The position numbers and the translations under genes were made by a program. A model generated the notes under the pieces. It saw nothing but the letters and a program-made list of their open reading frames with translations, had not been told where the DNA came from and ran no database searches. Source: a bacterium (GTDB lineage Bacteria; SZUA-182; DTGQ01). From it: a stretch of DNA of 64,000 nt. The stretch lies in contig JAILZY010000010.1 of the NCBI GenBank assembly GCA_023512255.1, positions 2,246-66,245 of the forward strand, in the 5' to 3' direction. This document shows positions 10,165 to 20,937 of this stretch, one piece after another; positions within the stretch are counted from its first letter, which is position 1, and every line of letters starts with the position of its first letter.

Positions 10165-10874
10165 GAGAGTGTATGCACTATCAGGATATTCATCCCTGGG
10201 CGGTTAGTCCTCAAGAAGCAGCTGAGATTCAACGAAGGCTTAGCCAGATGGTTGAGTCCCGACCCATTACCAAGCCGATAGCCTTGGTCGCCGGAGCAGA
10301 TATCTCTTACTCAAAGAGAGATAATCGCCTAGTGGCTGCGGTGGTAGTCATGACCTTCCCGAAGCTTGAGATCGTAGAGCAGATCGAGGTCGAGGGAGAA
10401 ACTGCCTTTCCCTATATTCCGGGCTTTCTTAGCTTTCGCGAAGCACCAGCCATGCTCGAAGCTTTTAGCCGGCTGCGGCATGAGCCTGATGTTATCATGG
10501 TTGACGGCCAAGGCATAGCCCATCCACGAGGCTTGGGCCTTGCCTCTCACCTTGGGGTAATCCTTGACCATCCGACCATTGGTTGCGCCAAGACCAGACT
10601 AATTGGAAAATACGCCGAGCCTGGAGAGCAAAAGGGAGAAAGATCTCCTCTCTGGCAGGGTGGAAAAATAATCGGCATGGTGCTTAGAACTAGACGAGGG
10701 ACCAAGCCGCTGTTTATCTCCATTGGCCACAAGATCGACCTAGATACAGCAGTGTCAATAGTTTTGGCCTGTACCAGAGCCTTTCGTCTTCCAGAACCTG
10801 TACGACAAGCTCACCTTTTTTGTAAGGGGAAAACCCTTTTGAAAAAGGGTTTTCCCCTTAAACCCTTTTCCTAA
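10161..10874 (+). CDS. nfi: Endonuclease V (deoxyinosine 3' endonuclease)
   Basis: Colinear with E. coli Nfi ([60 protein letters not shown]). The last roughly 14 codons and the stop are supplied by MITE copy 3. Confidence 0.8.
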   Translation: MRECMHYQDIHPWAVSPQEAAEIQRRLSQMVESRPITKPIALVAGADISYSKRDNRLVAAVVVMTFPKLEIVEQIEVEGETAFPYIPGFLSFREAPAMLEAFSRLRHEPDVIMVDGQGIAHPRGLGLASHLGVILDHPTIGCAKTRLIGKYAEPGEQKGERSPLWQGGKIIGMVLRTRRGTKPLFISIGHKIDLDTAVSIVLACTRAFRLPEPVRQAHLFCKGKTLLKKGFPLKPFS

Positions 10875-10946
10875 AACTTTAATTAAATTAATTAAAGTTT
10901 TAGGAGGATGGTTTGGAAGGAACCCTTTTTCAAAAGGGTTCCTTCC
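10826..10946. repeat. MITE/REP-like composite palindromic element, copy 3 (complete)
   Basis: P1 10826-10857, P2 10870-10904 (centre ttaaattaa), P3 10915-10946. Overlaps the 3' end of nfi. Confidence 0.8.
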
Positions 10947-11023
10947 AACTTAATCCTTTTTCTGCCGATACAAAATCAGAGTAGAATCCAATATTAACCA
11001 TTAACACTAGGGGTATCTTTTAT

Positions 11024-12268
11024 ATGCCAGCAGCTAGCCAGCCAAGGTCATTATCCATTCGGATTGGGGAGCGTCTGCCTATGAAGGATCAATCCCTTGA
11101 GATTGTGGAAAAGAAAGGGAAGGGGCACCCTGACTCAATCTGCGACTGTCTGATGGAGGAGGCCTCTTGCGCCTTAGTGCAGCTTTATAAGAAATACACT
11201 GGCCGAATCCTCCACTATAATCTCGACAAGGGGCTGCTATCTGCTGGCCAGGCAGCAGTAGCTTTTGGCGGGGGGAGGATTATCACTCCTCTTCGGATGA
11301 TCATCGGGGATCGGGCCACGCTTCACTACCTTGGGCAGGAGTTGCCGGTCTGGGATACTGTGGTTGAATCAGCCCGCAATTGGATCAGACGAAACCTAAG
11401 ATATTTTGATCCGGATCAGCATATAACTTTCCAAAGCGGCCTTAATCCTGGATCAAGGGAGCTTATGGGTATCTTTACGCCAAGTGAAAGACAGGTGCTC
11501 AAAGCGAATGATACCTCGGCCACCGTAGGATTTGCTCCCTTCACTCCGACTGAAGAGCTGGTCGTCTCGCTAGAGCAGTATCTTACCTCAGTCTGTTTCC
11601 AGGAAAAATTCCCATCTGCTGGTGAAGATATCAAGATCATGGCTGTCCGATCAGATCAAGCGTTAGACCTGACCATTGCCCTGGCTATGGTGGACCGCTT
11701 CATAGCCAGTGAGAGTGACTACTTTGATCAGAAGGAAGCTATAAGACGGTCCATAGCTGACTTTGTCCGCTCCCGCTTTGATGCCTCCCCTTTGCAGATC
11801 CATCTCAATACCCTGGATGAGCGGGGGAGGGGTGAGGATGGAATTTACATTACAGTAACCGGAACATCTGCCGAGCAGGGTGACAGCGGACAGGTTGGTC
11901 GGGGAAACCAGGTGAGCGGCCTTATTTGCCTGATGCGGCCGCAGAGCGGTGAGGCTTCAGCCGGAAAAAATCCCATCAGCCATGTAGGGAAAATTTATAA
12001 TTATCTGGCTCATATATTGGCTGCTGATATTTATCAGCACTTTGAAGAAGCAGGGGAGGTTATGGTTTGGTTAGCCAGCCGAATCGGAGAGCCGATTGAT
12101 CGGCCGGCACTGGTTGCGGTTGAGCTCATTCCCCAGAAGGGGAAGAAGCTGGCTGCTGGCTACCAGAAGGTTATTGCCTGGCGGGTAGAGCAGCATTTGG
12201 AAGGAATTGCCGATCTTTCCCAGAAGCTGATTTTGGGGGAGGTATCTTTATCTCATCTTTCATTCTGA
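11024..12268 (+). CDS. mat: Archaeal-type S-adenosylmethionine synthetase (methionine adenosyltransferase)
   Basis: EIVEKKGKGHPDSICD matches the archaeal MAT N-terminal signature (…EIVERKGLGHPDSICD in Methanococcus). Length about 400 aa, not the bacterial MetK layout. The probable true start is the ATG at 11081 (MKDQSLEIVEKK). Confidence 0.75.
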   Translation: MPAASQPRSLSIRIGERLPMKDQSLEIVEKKGKGHPDSICDCLMEEASCALVQLYKKYTGRILHYNLDKGLLSAGQAAVAFGGGRIITPLRMIIGDRATLHYLGQELPVWDTVVESARNWIRRNLRYFDPDQHITFQSGLNPGSRELMGIFTPSERQVLKANDTSATVGFAPFTPTEELVVSLEQYLTSVCFQEKFPSAGEDIKIMAVRSDQALDLTIALAMVDRFIASESDYFDQKEAIRRSIADFVRSRFDASPLQIHLNTLDERGRGEDGIYITVTGTSAEQGDSGQVGRGNQVSGLICLMRPQSGEASAGKNPISHVGKIYNYLAHILAADIYQHFEEAGEVMVWLASRIGEPIDRPALVAVELIPQKGKKLAAGYQKVIAWRVEQHLEGIADLSQKLILGEVSLSHLSF

Positions 12269-12381
12269 CCGTAATATCCAAGCATCTTCTAATATCCAAG
12301 CAGCCCTACTACCTTGCTCATCGTGAACTTGTCGATAAAAGGACGAATAAGAATCAAAAAGGCAGTTACTTAAGGTTCAAG

Positions 12382-14154
12382 ATGAGGAAGGGTATGAAAA
12401 TCGATCTAGGGCCATCAATACCGATCCAGCAATTGTCAAAAGCCATCCATAAGACACCGGAAGAAATTGAAAACTCTCTGCGGGGCAGGGGAAAAGTGCT
12501 CAGAGCTGGAGATGGCCTAAAGGTTGATCAGGCTATCTGGATTGCCGAGCAGGAGGGTTTTAGGGTCAGGATCTTGAGCCGGGGCAAGGAGGAGGCTCTA
12601 TCCATAGAGCCGGAGAAAAAGTCGCTGATTCAGCCTCGGCCTCCGGTTGTAACAGTCATGGGGCATGTGGATCATGGCAAAACCGTTCTCCTTGATGCCA
12701 TTCGGCATACTAACCTGGCTAGCCAGGAGCCGGGTGCTATAACCCAGCATATTGGAGCCTACAAAATTCATTTGCCGGGCGGAGATATTGTCTTTTTGGA
12801 CACTCCTGGACATGAGGCCTTTGCAGCTATGAGGGCCAGAGGTGCCCAGCTGACAGATATTGTGGTCCTGGTTGTGGCCGCGGATGAGGGGGTTAAGCCT
12901 CAGACTATTGAGGCGGTGCAGCATGCCCAGGCGGCACGGGTTCCCATAATCGTAGCTGTGAATAAGATCGACAAGCCCCAAGCCAATCCCGCTCGCGTCA
13001 GGGAGGAGCTAGCTCAATATGGGCTGATCCCTGAGGAGTGGCAAGGTGAGACCATTTATGTGGATATTTCGGCCAAGTATCATCAAAACCTGGATAAGCT
13101 GCTTGAGATGATTTTGCTTTTGTCTGAGATGATGGAACTTAAGGCTGACCAGAGCAGAGCGGCTCGAGGAACGGTTTTAGAAAGTAGAATCGATCCGCAG
13201 CTTGGCCCGACAGCAACCGTCCTGGTTCAGGATGGAACCTTGAGGATTCGGGATTTTTTTGTCTGCGGCCAGACCTTTGGCCGGGTTAGACTAATGATGA
13301 ATGAGTGGGGCAAGCGGATGGAGACAGCTCCTCCTTCGACTCCGGTTCAGATTTCCTCCTTTTCTCAGGTCCCAAGAGCCGGTGATCCCTTTTTGGTTAT
13401 CTCCGGCGAGAAAGAAGCTAGAAAACTGGCTGATCTAATTGGCAGGCAGGAGCAGGGGGCAAAGAGACTAAGACCAAGGCCAACCACTCTGGAGGAGGTT
13501 CAGCGGGAAATCCGAAAGGAGGCCATCCCTGAGCTGCCGATTGTTCTAAAAGTGGATGTTTACGGATCCTTGCAGCCCATTGTTCAGTCTTTGCAGAGCC
13601 TAGCCATCCCTGGGGCCAGGATAACCATAATTCATAGCGGAGTGGGAGCAATCAGCGAATCGGATGTACTCTTGGCCTCAGCGACTTCTGAACGCGGGAT
13701 CATCATCGGCTTTAATGTCAAGCCAGACAGCAAAGCCGAGCTCCTTGCCCGTCAGGAGCGAGTCGACATCCGGCTATACAGTGTCATCTATGATTTGATC
13801 AATGAGGTTAGCAGACTGGCTCAAGGGCTGGTCATTCCCCGCTACCGGGAAGAGATTATTGGCCGGGGTGAGGTGATTCGGGTTTTCCACATTCCCAAGG
13901 TGGGTGTTGTAGCTGGCTGCCTTGTTCAGGAAGGGAAATTTGTCAAGGGCCGCCAGGGTAGAGTGATTCGCCGAGGGATTATTATCCACACCGGTGAGAT
14001 CGTTTCCCTGAAGCACTATGATCAGTTTGTAGATGAAATTGGCCAGGGGAAGACCTGTGGTCTGATGCTATCTCGGGGGTTTACCCGCTATCAGGTCAAG
14101 GATCAGGTTGAAGTTTTTATCAGAGAAGAATTACCCAAAGGAGGAGAAGAGTGA
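12382..14154 (+). CDS. infB: Translation initiation factor IF-2 (short form)
   Basis: G domain [65 protein letters not shown], with downstream IF2 domains colinear with E. coli IF-2. Not flanked by nusA or rbfA in this window. Confidence 0.85.
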   Translation: MRKGMKIDLGPSIPIQQLSKAIHKTPEEIENSLRGRGKVLRAGDGLKVDQAIWIAEQEGFRVRILSRGKEEALSIEPEKKSLIQPRPPVVTVMGHVDHGKTVLLDAIRHTNLASQEPGAITQHIGAYKIHLPGGDIVFLDTPGHEAFAAMRARGAQLTDIVVLVVAADEGVKPQTIEAVQHAQAARVPIIVAVNKIDKPQANPARVREELAQYGLIPEEWQGETIYVDISAKYHQNLDKLLEMILLLSEMMELKADQSRAARGTVLESRIDPQLGPTATVLVQDGTLRIRDFFVCGQTFGRVRLMMNEWGKRMETAPPSTPVQISSFSQVPRAGDPFLVISGEKEARKLADLIGRQEQGAKRLRPRPTTLEEVQREIRKEAIPELPIVLKVDVYGSLQPIVQSLQSLAIPGARITIIHSGVGAISESDVLLASATSERGIIIGFNVKPDSKAELLARQERVDIRLYSVIYDLINEVSRLAQGLVIPRYREEIIGRGEVIRVFHIPKVGVVAGCLVQEGKFVKGRQGRVIRRGIIIHTGEIVSLKHYDQFVDEIGQGKTCGLMLSRGFTRYQVKDQVEVFIREELPKGGEE

Positions 14155-14267
14155 ACTTTCTGTTGAATAGAGCTGTTCGATGCCCTATAATAATCTAAGT
14201 TGCGCTCGAAATCATCGACCGCTTCTTTTCAAGTAAGAGAGGCTTCTTTTCAGGTAAGAAGAGAGGA

Positions 14268-14822
14268 TTGAGAGATTTGGCCAGGACAGAGAAAGAGGCT
14301 GATGAATACCTTGAGATTGTAAACCAGCAGGGAGAAATTGTAGGCCGCGCTCTGTGCTCTGTCTGCCACGGCCATCCTGAGCTGATTCACCGGGTGAGCC
14401 ATGTTTTGGTGTTTAATGAGGCTGGCCTGATACTGCTGCAAAAAAGATCGGCAAGCAAAGATATCCAACCTGGCAAATGGGACAGCTCTGTAGGCGGTCA
14501 TCTAGCCATTGGCGAGACATTTGAGGAGGCGGCCTATCGGGAGATGGCGGAGGAGCTGTCCATTAGGAATGTTCCTATTTTTTTCTTGTATGATTATCTC
14601 ATTCGAACCCCGATGGAAACAGAACTGGTGAGAACCTTCTCTTGCTGTTTTAACGGGCCGATCTTTTTCAATGAGGAGGAAATAGAAGAGGTGAGGTTCT
14701 GGGACCTTGAGTATCTTTACTCACAGATTGAGACAGACCTTTTTACTCCTCATCTAAGAGAAGAAATATACAGGTATTTTCCCTGGAAAAAGTTGATTAA
14801 TCGATCATGGGAAAAGGAATGA
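14268..14822 (+). CDS. NUDIX hydrolase
   Basis: Nudix box GGHLAIGETFEEAAYREMAEELSI (GX5EX7REUXEEXGU). Confidence 0.65.
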   Translation: MRDLARTEKEADEYLEIVNQQGEIVGRALCSVCHGHPELIHRVSHVLVFNEAGLILLQKRSASKDIQPGKWDSSVGGHLAIGETFEEAAYREMAEELSIRNVPIFFLYDYLIRTPMETELVRTFSCCFNGPIFFNEEEIEEVRFWDLEYLYSQIETDLFTPHLREEIYRYFPWKKLINRSWEKE

Positions 14823-14826
14823 GAAG

Positions 14827-15633
14827 ATGCTCTTTCATACATTTTTGCACATTCCGGGTGTTGGAGACCGAATCGAGCAGATGCTTTGGCGTAACCGTAT
14901 CTTTACTTGGGATGATTTTCTTGAATCTCCACTCAGTCAACGGTTGGTTGGCCGAAGATACAGGACTATGGTGAAATACATCGAAAGATCGAAGCAGCAT
15001 CAGGATAATGTTTACTTTTTTAAAAAACTCCTCCCCTCACGGGAGTTGTGGAGACTTTTCCATCACTTTCGTGAGCGGGCAGCCTGCCTCGACATCGAAT
15101 CAATCTATGTCAATTCTTCTCATCAGGTTACGGTTATTGGTCTTTATGGCCAAAACCAGATGAAAAGTTTTGTCAATGGACAAAATATTGAAGATTTTAA
15201 AGATGAAATCGCTCGCTATGACCTCCTGATCACCTATAACGGGGTCTGTTTCGATCTGCCGGTGTTACGACAGCAATTTAAGATGAGTTTCCCCCATGTT
15301 CATGTTGACCTGCGCTTTTTTCTAAAGCGCCTGGGGTATACTGGAGGGCTTAAGGGGATTGAGCGGGAATTTGGCATTATTCGGCCTGATGAGGTCAAGG
15401 GGCTTTCTGGCTATGATGCTGTTCTACTTTGGAAAAAGTATCAGAAGGGAAATCAGCAGGCGCTCTCTACCCTGCTGCAATATAATACCCATGATACTCA
15501 AAACCTGTACTACCTGATGGCCAGATCCTATGAGCTGATGTTCAGGAGAATCTTCGCCGGGCATGACCACAGCTTTACTCTGGGACCTGAAGAAACCACC
15601 ATTGCTTGCCTGCCTACCTGTCGTCAGAGTTAA
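14827..15633 (+). CDS. RNase H-like 3'-5' exonuclease domain protein (YprB/COG3359-like) with an N-terminal HhH
   Basis: HhH-like HIPGVGDRIEQML, then LDIESIYVNS...LLITYNGVCFDLPVLRQ, typical of PolB-exo-like RNase H fold proteins. Confidence 0.5.
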   Translation: MLFHTFLHIPGVGDRIEQMLWRNRIFTWDDFLESPLSQRLVGRRYRTMVKYIERSKQHQDNVYFFKKLLPSRELWRLFHHFRERAACLDIESIYVNSSHQVTVIGLYGQNQMKSFVNGQNIEDFKDEIARYDLLITYNGVCFDLPVLRQQFKMSFPHVHVDLRFFLKRLGYTGGLKGIEREFGIIRPDEVKGLSGYDAVLLWKKYQKGNQQALSTLLQYNTHDTQNLYYLMARSYELMFRRIFAGHDHSFTLGPEETTIACLPTCRQS

Positions 15634-15654
15634 ACGGGGCCTTCATTTCAAAGA

Positions 15655-16413
15655 TCACATCCTTACTGGAATGCCCCGCTCTTTCAGATATGCCTTGGCT
15701 TGATGAATAGTATAGGTACGGTAGTGAAAGATAGAGGCGGCTAGCACCGCATCTGCCCTGCCTTTGACTAAGGCCTGGTAGAGGTGCTCAAGGGTGCCTG
15801 CTCCGCCAGAGGCGATGACCGGGATATTTACCCCCTCAGACACGCTGCGAGTCAGCTCAAGGTCATATCCGGTTTGCTGTCCATCCTGATCCATACTGGT
15901 TAGGAGGATTTCGCCAGCTCCAAGGGATTCAACCTCCTTTGCCCAGTCCACGGCATCAAGCCCACGGGCCACTCGGCCGCCGTGAGTGTATACCTCCCAG
16001 GAGCAAGGCCCGCTCCTTTTGGCATCTATAGCTACCACAATGCACTGACTGCCAAAGTATTCGGCTGCTTGGCGAACAAGCTGTGGGTTATCGACTGCTG
16101 AGGTATTGAGTGAAATTTTGTCCGCTCCAGCCTTCAACAGCCGCTCGATATCTTTGAGGCTGCGGATTCCACCGCCAATGGTCAGGGGCATAAATACCAT
16201 CTCAGAAGTCCTTCTGGCCACATCGATGATGATCTCCCGCTTCTCATGCGAAGCGGTAATGTCTAAAAAGACAATCTCATCGGCTTCCTCAGCTTCATAA
16301 GTTTTGGCCACCTCAACCGGATCTCCCGCATCCCGCAGGTTAACAAAACTGACCCCCTTGACTACCCGGCCATCCTTGATATCCAGACAGGGAATAATTC
16401 TTTTAGCTAGCAT
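15655..16413 (-). CDS. hisF: Imidazole glycerol phosphate synthase cyclase subunit
   Basis: [34 protein letters not shown]...VIASGGAG is a classic HisF. Last gene of the his operon. Confidence 0.9.
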   Translation of the reverse strand: MLAKRIIPCLDIKDGRVVKGVSFVNLRDAGDPVEVAKTYEAEEADEIVFLDITASHEKREIIIDVARRTSEMVFMPLTIGGGIRSLKDIERLLKAGADKISLNTSAVDNPQLVRQAAEYFGSQCIVVAIDAKRSGPCSWEVYTHGGRVARGLDAVDWAKEVESLGAGEILLTSMDQDGQQTGYDLELTRSVSEGVNIPVIASGGAGTLEHLYQALVKGRADAVLAASIFHYRTYTIHQAKAYLKERGIPVRM

Positions 16414-16461
16414 AGAGATAATCTATCCTCTGAGAGATAATCCATCCTCTCTGGTCTGGTT

Positions 16462-17223
16462 TCAATGCTCCCAACAGGTTGGCCTAAAAGCTGGCTGATG
16501 ATCTTGATATATCCTAATTGCCTCTTGCAAATTGATACTTCCGGTATAGATTGCTTTGCCAATAATGACTCCCTCAAGACCCAGGGGCTCTAGCTCAGCC
16601 AGATTCTGAAGATCATTCATACTAGATATGCCGCCTGAGGCGATCAGTGGAATATTAATGTTTTCAACCATTTTTCTGATAGCTTCAATATTTGGCCCTT
16701 GCAAGGTACCGTCCGTTCTGATATCAGTAAAAATAATGTTTCTGACCCCCCAGCTCTCTATCTGTTGGCAGAACTCAAGAGCTTGTGACTGGGTCGTATC
16801 CTTCCATCCGTGAATAGCTATCCTACCATCCCTGGTGTCGATTCCAACCGAGATCCGACCAGGGAATTCTTGGCACAGGCTCTTGACCTGCATGGGCTCA
16901 ATAAAAGCGATTGTTCCGAGGATAACCCGATCGATCCCTGATTCCAAGAGCTTGCGAGCCATGGCTGAGGTCCTGATTCCACCGCCGAGCTCGATTGGAA
17001 TATCAAGCTCCTGAACAATTTGCATAATGATAGAAAGATTCTGGGGACTGCCTGAAAAAGCTCCATCCAGATCCACAATGTGGATAAGCTCAGCCCCCTG
17101 CTCTTGCCACCTCTTGGCAGTTTCCAGAGGAGAAGAGGAAAACACTGTTTTTTCCTCCTCTCTACCCTGATACAGCCGAACACATTCTCCTTTAACAAGG
17201 TCAATTGCTGGTATAATGAGCAT
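16462..17223 (-). CDS. hisA: ProFAR isomerase
   Basis: MLIIPAIDLVKGECVRL...LHIVDLDGA...LIASGGIS is a HisA (beta/alpha)8 signature. Confidence 0.85.
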   Translation of the reverse strand: MLIIPAIDLVKGECVRLYQGREEEKTVFSSSPLETAKRWQEQGAELIHIVDLDGAFSGSPQNLSIIMQIVQELDIPIELGGGIRTSAMARKLLESGIDRVILGTIAFIEPMQVKSLCQEFPGRISVGIDTRDGRIAIHGWKDTTQSQALEFCQQIESWGVRNIIFTDIRTDGTLQGPNIEAIRKMVENINIPLIASGGISSMNDLQNLAELEPLGLEGVIIGKAIYTGSINLQEAIRIYQDHQPAFRPTCWEH

Positions 17224-17301
17224 ATTCCCCCCAGAATTCTCTTACGATAATTTTTGGGTCAATATCCATAATCGTAAATATCCATGAATCGTGAAATCCT
17301 G

Positions 17302-17901
17302 CTAGAGCTCAGCAAACGCTTTTAGGATCTTGAGCCCGCTTGATTGGCTTTTTTCCGGATGAAACTGAGTGGCAAACAAGGCACCCTGACTAATAACCGA
17401 GGGGAAGCAAATTCCATATTCGGTAGTAGCTGCAATGCAATCCGGATCTTCTGGCTCCCCGTAATAGGAGTGAACAAAATAAAAGTACTCCCCTTGAGTG
17501 GAATTCCGTAGAAGGGGAATTGGTTTCTTAATATCAATGGAATTCCAGCCCATGTGAGGAACCTTAAGATTGATGGCAAATCGCTTTACCCTGCCAGCAA
17601 TAATACCCAAACCTTGGGTTAGGCCAAACTCCTCGCTTTCCGAAAAGAGCAATTGCATCCCCAGGCAAATTCCCAAGATCGGCTTTCCTGCCTCTACTGC
17701 GTTATAAATCGGAGTGATCAGATTATAGCGCTCAAGGTTTCTCATCCCATCCCTGAAGGCTCCAACGCCAGGGAGAATCAGTTTGTGGGCTGATTGAATC
17801 TTTGCCCGATCACGGGTAACCACAGCCTTATGACCAACCTGCTCAATCCCCTTTTGAATACTTCGCAGGTTTCCCATGTCAAAGTCGAGAATAGCGATCA
17901 T
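17302..17901 (-). CDS. hisH: Imidazole glycerol phosphate synthase glutaminase subunit
   Basis: MIAILDFDMGNLRS...LPGVGAF...GICLGMQLL...HSYY is a class I GATase of HisH type. Abuts hisB with no gap. Confidence 0.85.
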   Translation of the reverse strand: MIAILDFDMGNLRSIQKGIEQVGHKAVVTRDRAKIQSAHKLILPGVGAFRDGMRNLERYNLITPIYNAVEAGKPILGICLGMQLLFSESEEFGLTQGLGIIAGRVKRFAINLKVPHMGWNSIDIKKPIPLLRNSTQGEYFYFVHSYYGEPEDPDCIAATTEYGICFPSVISQGALFATQFHPEKSQSSGLKILKAFAEL

Positions 17902-18486
17902 TTAAAGCTTACCCTTAGTGGACAAAACTCCATTCAGAGCTGGATTGATGCGAGTAGCCTGGCTCAAAGCCCGGCCGAAGGCCTTAAATATGGCCTCGGC
18001 GATATGGTGAATGTTGCTTCCGTAAAAGAGATTGATATGTAGGGTAATCATACTATTGCTGACAAAGGCCATAAAAAATTCTTTGAGCAGATCAATATCG
18101 AAATTTCCAACCATGCCGTGCATATTTACGTTATAGACTAGAACGGAACGGGAGCAGATATCCAAAGCCACAGTAGCCAGGGCCTCATCCATTGGCAGCG
18201 TCGCTGCCCCATAACGCCTGATTCGACTTTTGTCCTCCAAAATTTGACGAAAAGCAGTGCCAAAAGTTATGCCGATATCTTCTACAAGATGATGGTAGTC
18301 GACCTCAATATCTCCATTAGCTTGAAGTTTTACATTGAAAACACTATGCTTGCACATTGAGGAGAGCATATGGTCCATAAAAGGAATGGAGGTGGCGATT
18401 TCATATTTCCCCTCCCCATCAAGTTCAAGCTCTAGTCGTATGTCCGTCTCGGTGGTTTTCCGCTCAATCTTTGTGTTGCGGCTCAT
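17902..18486 (-). CDS. hisB: Imidazoleglycerol-phosphate dehydratase
   Basis: RKTTETDIRLELELDGEGK...HHLVEDIGI...HHIAEAIFKAFGRAL are IGPD motifs. Confidence 0.85.
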   Translation of the reverse strand: MSRNTKIERKTTETDIRLELELDGEGKYEIATSIPFMDHMLSSMCKHSVFNVKLQANGDIEVDYHHLVEDIGITFGTAFRQILEDKSRIRRYGAATLPMDEALATVALDICSRSVLVYNVNMHGMVGNFDIDLLKEFFMAFVSNSMITLHINLFYGSNIHHIAEAIFKAFGRALSQATRINPALNGVLSTKGKL

Positions 18487-18579
18487 AATATCTTATCCTT
18501 TTTATTACTACCGGAAATTTTATTTCTAACTTTGCATCTGCACTTTGTAAGTGCAAGTATAGCGCGTTTTGGCTTTTAT

Positions 18580-19668
18580 TCAAGCTGAAGATAAGATTTT
18601 CTTCAGTCCGTTCAAAAAACACTCACATTCCTCTCTAGTGCCGACTGTTACTCGAAAATGTCCTCTCAATCTTCCCTGGCTGCTAAAGCCTCGCACGAGA
18701 ATCCCTTCCGCCAGCAGTTGCTCAAAAAATTTTTCAGCCTCCAAAGAGCGTACCTTAAAAAGAAGAAAATTAGCACTCGATGGGTAAACCCGCACCGCGC
18801 CGATATTCTTCATCTGCTCATACAACCAGTCCCTATTTTGCTTGATCTGAGCGATGCTCGGCTTGATAGCCTCTTTTTGAGATAGGGCGACTTTGGCTAC
18901 AGTTTCAGACAGAATGTTAATATTGTAAGGGAGTTTTACCCTATTTATATGTTGGATGATAACTGGGCCAGCCAGCAGAAAGCCCATCCTGATTCCGGCC
19001 AGACCAATCTTAGAGAGGGTGCGCAGTATAATCAGGTTGGGATGCTTGGGCAGAAGGTCAAGATAGTTGCTGTCAGCAAAATCAACATATGCCTCGTCAA
19101 TACAGACGATGCCCGGAAACTGCTCAATAATTTCCTCAACCGCCAGCCGGGAAAAACAATTTCCCGTAGGATTGTTCGGCACAGCCAGAAAAATCAGATG
19201 GCCGGCCTGAGACAGACTATACATCCGCTCTCGCCAGAGGTCTGATAGAGCCAGATCAAAATCATCGGACAGGGGAATTTCTTCTACGTTTTCGCCCATA
19301 GATTTAGCAATTATCCGATACATGGCAAAGGAAGGATCAGGGACAAAAACCGTTTTCCCTGCTCCACCAAAGGTAACGATAATTGCCTGAATCAATTCAT
19401 CTGACCCATTTCCAGGCAGGATCTGCTCTGCAGGCCACCCCCACTCTTTGGCCGCCATCTGACGCAGTTCCCAATAACTCGGATCAGGGTAGCGATTTAG
19501 GCGGGCCTGCTCAAGACTTTGAAAAATCTGTCTCATAATATCAGCAGGTAGTTCATATGGGCTCTCATTGGCATCCAGTTTGATTACTTTTGGGAAGACA
19601 GGAAGATCATAGGTTGAAGCTTGGCTCGGATCAACTCGCAGAAGTTTTTGAATATCAATTGATTTCAT
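18580..19668 (-). CDS. hisC: Histidinol-phosphate aminotransferase
   Basis: Class II aminotransferase (KLDANESPYELP, ...NNPTGN, ...RTLSKIGLAGIRMGF). First gene of the minus-strand his cluster. Confidence 0.85.
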   Translation of the reverse strand: MKSIDIQKLLRVDPSQASTYDLPVFPKVIKLDANESPYELPADIMRQIFQSLEQARLNRYPDPSYWELRQMAAKEWGWPAEQILPGNGSDELIQAIIVTFGGAGKTVFVPDPSFAMYRIIAKSMGENVEEIPLSDDFDLALSDLWRERMYSLSQAGHLIFLAVPNNPTGNCFSRLAVEEIIEQFPGIVCIDEAYVDFADSNYLDLLPKHPNLIILRTLSKIGLAGIRMGFLLAGPVIIQHINRVKLPYNINILSETVAKVALSQKEAIKPSIAQIKQNRDWLYEQMKNIGAVRVYPSSANFLLFKVRSLEAEKFFEQLLAEGILVRGFSSQGRLRGHFRVTVGTREECECFLNGLKKILSSA

Positions 19669-19883
19669 GCAAATTTTTCCATACTACAAGAAGAGAGAAA
19701 AGCTTAACAAATAAAAACAGACAATTTAAATAAAAACAGATAATTTTATAATCAATTTTAGGAAGTTGTCAAGAATTTTTGAACGGTAAAATTCACTCTT
19801 TTTAAGCGTGCACTCCTTTTGAGGGCGAATCTTTTCAAGTACTAAAAATCTTAACTTTTGTGATCTTATATATCTGGACATCT

Positions 19884-19920
19884 CTGATGGAGGGGCCGTT
19901 TATTCGCCGCCCTCCATCAG
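19884..19920. other. Intergenic 11-bp-stem hairpin (ctgatggaggg / ccctccatcag) between the receiver gene and hisC; no T-tract
   Basis: A perfect inverted repeat read directly from the sequence. It lacks a U-run on either strand, so it is not a canonical intrinsic terminator and may be a regulatory structure. Confidence 0.3.
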
Positions 19921-19958
19921 CAGCCAGTGATCATTAAAGAAAAGATCAATTTCTAAGA

Positions 19959-20360
19959 TCAATTTCTCTGGAATATGCCAGAGGCAAAATATCGGTTTTG
20001 GCCTAGAACCTTGGCTACCATAATTTTTAACATCTCAATGTTCAGTGGCTTAGTAATATAATCAAAGGCTCCATCGTGCATAGCCTTGAGATAGGTTTCT
20101 AGCTCGCCAAATCCAGTCATGATAATGAACTGGATATCAGGGTGAAGACTTTTTACCTCGCGCAGCAGCTCTAGTCCTCCCATGCAGGGCATGTTGATGT
20201 CGGTAATGATTAAATCAGGGGTAATCTCACGGACAATCTGCAGGGCTTCGCTTCCATTTTCAGCCACCATCACCTCATATCCCTCATCGGCCAGGATATC
20301 CTGCATAATGCTGCACATATTGGCTTCATCGTCAACAATCAAGATTCGCTTGGTATCCAT
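19959..20360 (-). CDS. Single-domain response regulator receiver (CheY-like)
   Basis: ILIVDDEANMCSIMQDIL...DLIITDINMPCMGGLELLREVK...FDYITKP is a REC domain of 133 aa. Confidence 0.8.
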   Translation of the reverse strand: MDTKRILIVDDEANMCSIMQDILADEGYEVMVAENGSEALQIVREITPDLIITDINMPCMGGLELLREVKSLHPDIQFIIMTGFGELETYLKAMHDGAFDYITKPLNIEMLKIMVAKVLGQNRYFASGIFQRN

Positions 20361-20800
20361 AACGTTAGCCCCTTTGCATTAAGTAAGAATGTAATAGGTA
20401 ATTGGTGGATTTCGCGTCTTTCCCAGTTTTCTTGATTTAAGAAAAGCAAATTGGATGCCAGGATTTTTGAGAGATCAAAAGAGGATGGTTTCCTATATAA
20501 GTCTTTGAAATATAATATTAATAACTCTTAACGCCAGATCTTAAGATCAGGTGAAATTTCGCACAACTCTGACCAAATGTTTATCAATTCGCTCAATCAT
20601 CTATATTACACACTACTAACAGGTCTTTTCGCTAATAAAGTGCACAATAAGGACGAAACAAGGTCCGCTCCTACAATTAGCTTATCTGCCCCTACAATTT
20701 AACGTAATTGATATCCTGATAGCGTAATTTATTCGCTGCGCAACTTGTGTTAAGTACTTAGCAAAAGAACCTCTAAAACACCCTGCTGGTTAGGGGAGGT

Positions 20801-20885
20801 GTCCACTGCCGCCTGTCCACTGCCACCTGCCACTCCTGCCCACTGCCGCCTGCCACTCCTGCTCACTGCCGCCTGCTCACTGCCG
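20801..20885. repeat. Short tandem repeats (12-15 bp units, ccactgccgcctg-like) in an intergenic region
   Basis: gtccactgccgcctg tccactgccacctg ccactcctgcccactgccgcctg ccactcctgctcactgccgcctg ctcactgccg. Confidence 0.6.
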
Positions 20886-20911
20886 ATAAAACAGCCTGCT
20901 TGGTGAGGGAA

Positions 20912-20937
20912 GGTGGGAGATTTTTGAATCTCCCACC
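20912..20937 (-). terminator. Candidate intrinsic terminator downstream of the 1119-aa gene (ggtgggagat-ttttga-atctcccacc)
   Basis: Perfect 10-bp inverted repeat with a 6-nt loop. On the minus strand it is followed by a moderately T-rich stretch. Confidence 0.4.

Noticed and set aside
16106-16813. Small plus-strand ORFs antisense to hisF and hisA
   Set aside because: Embedded in highly conserved his genes. Shadow ORFs.
19884-19920. Hairpin as the intrinsic terminator of the receiver gene
   Set aside because: No U-tract on either strand. Kept only as an unexplained hairpin.
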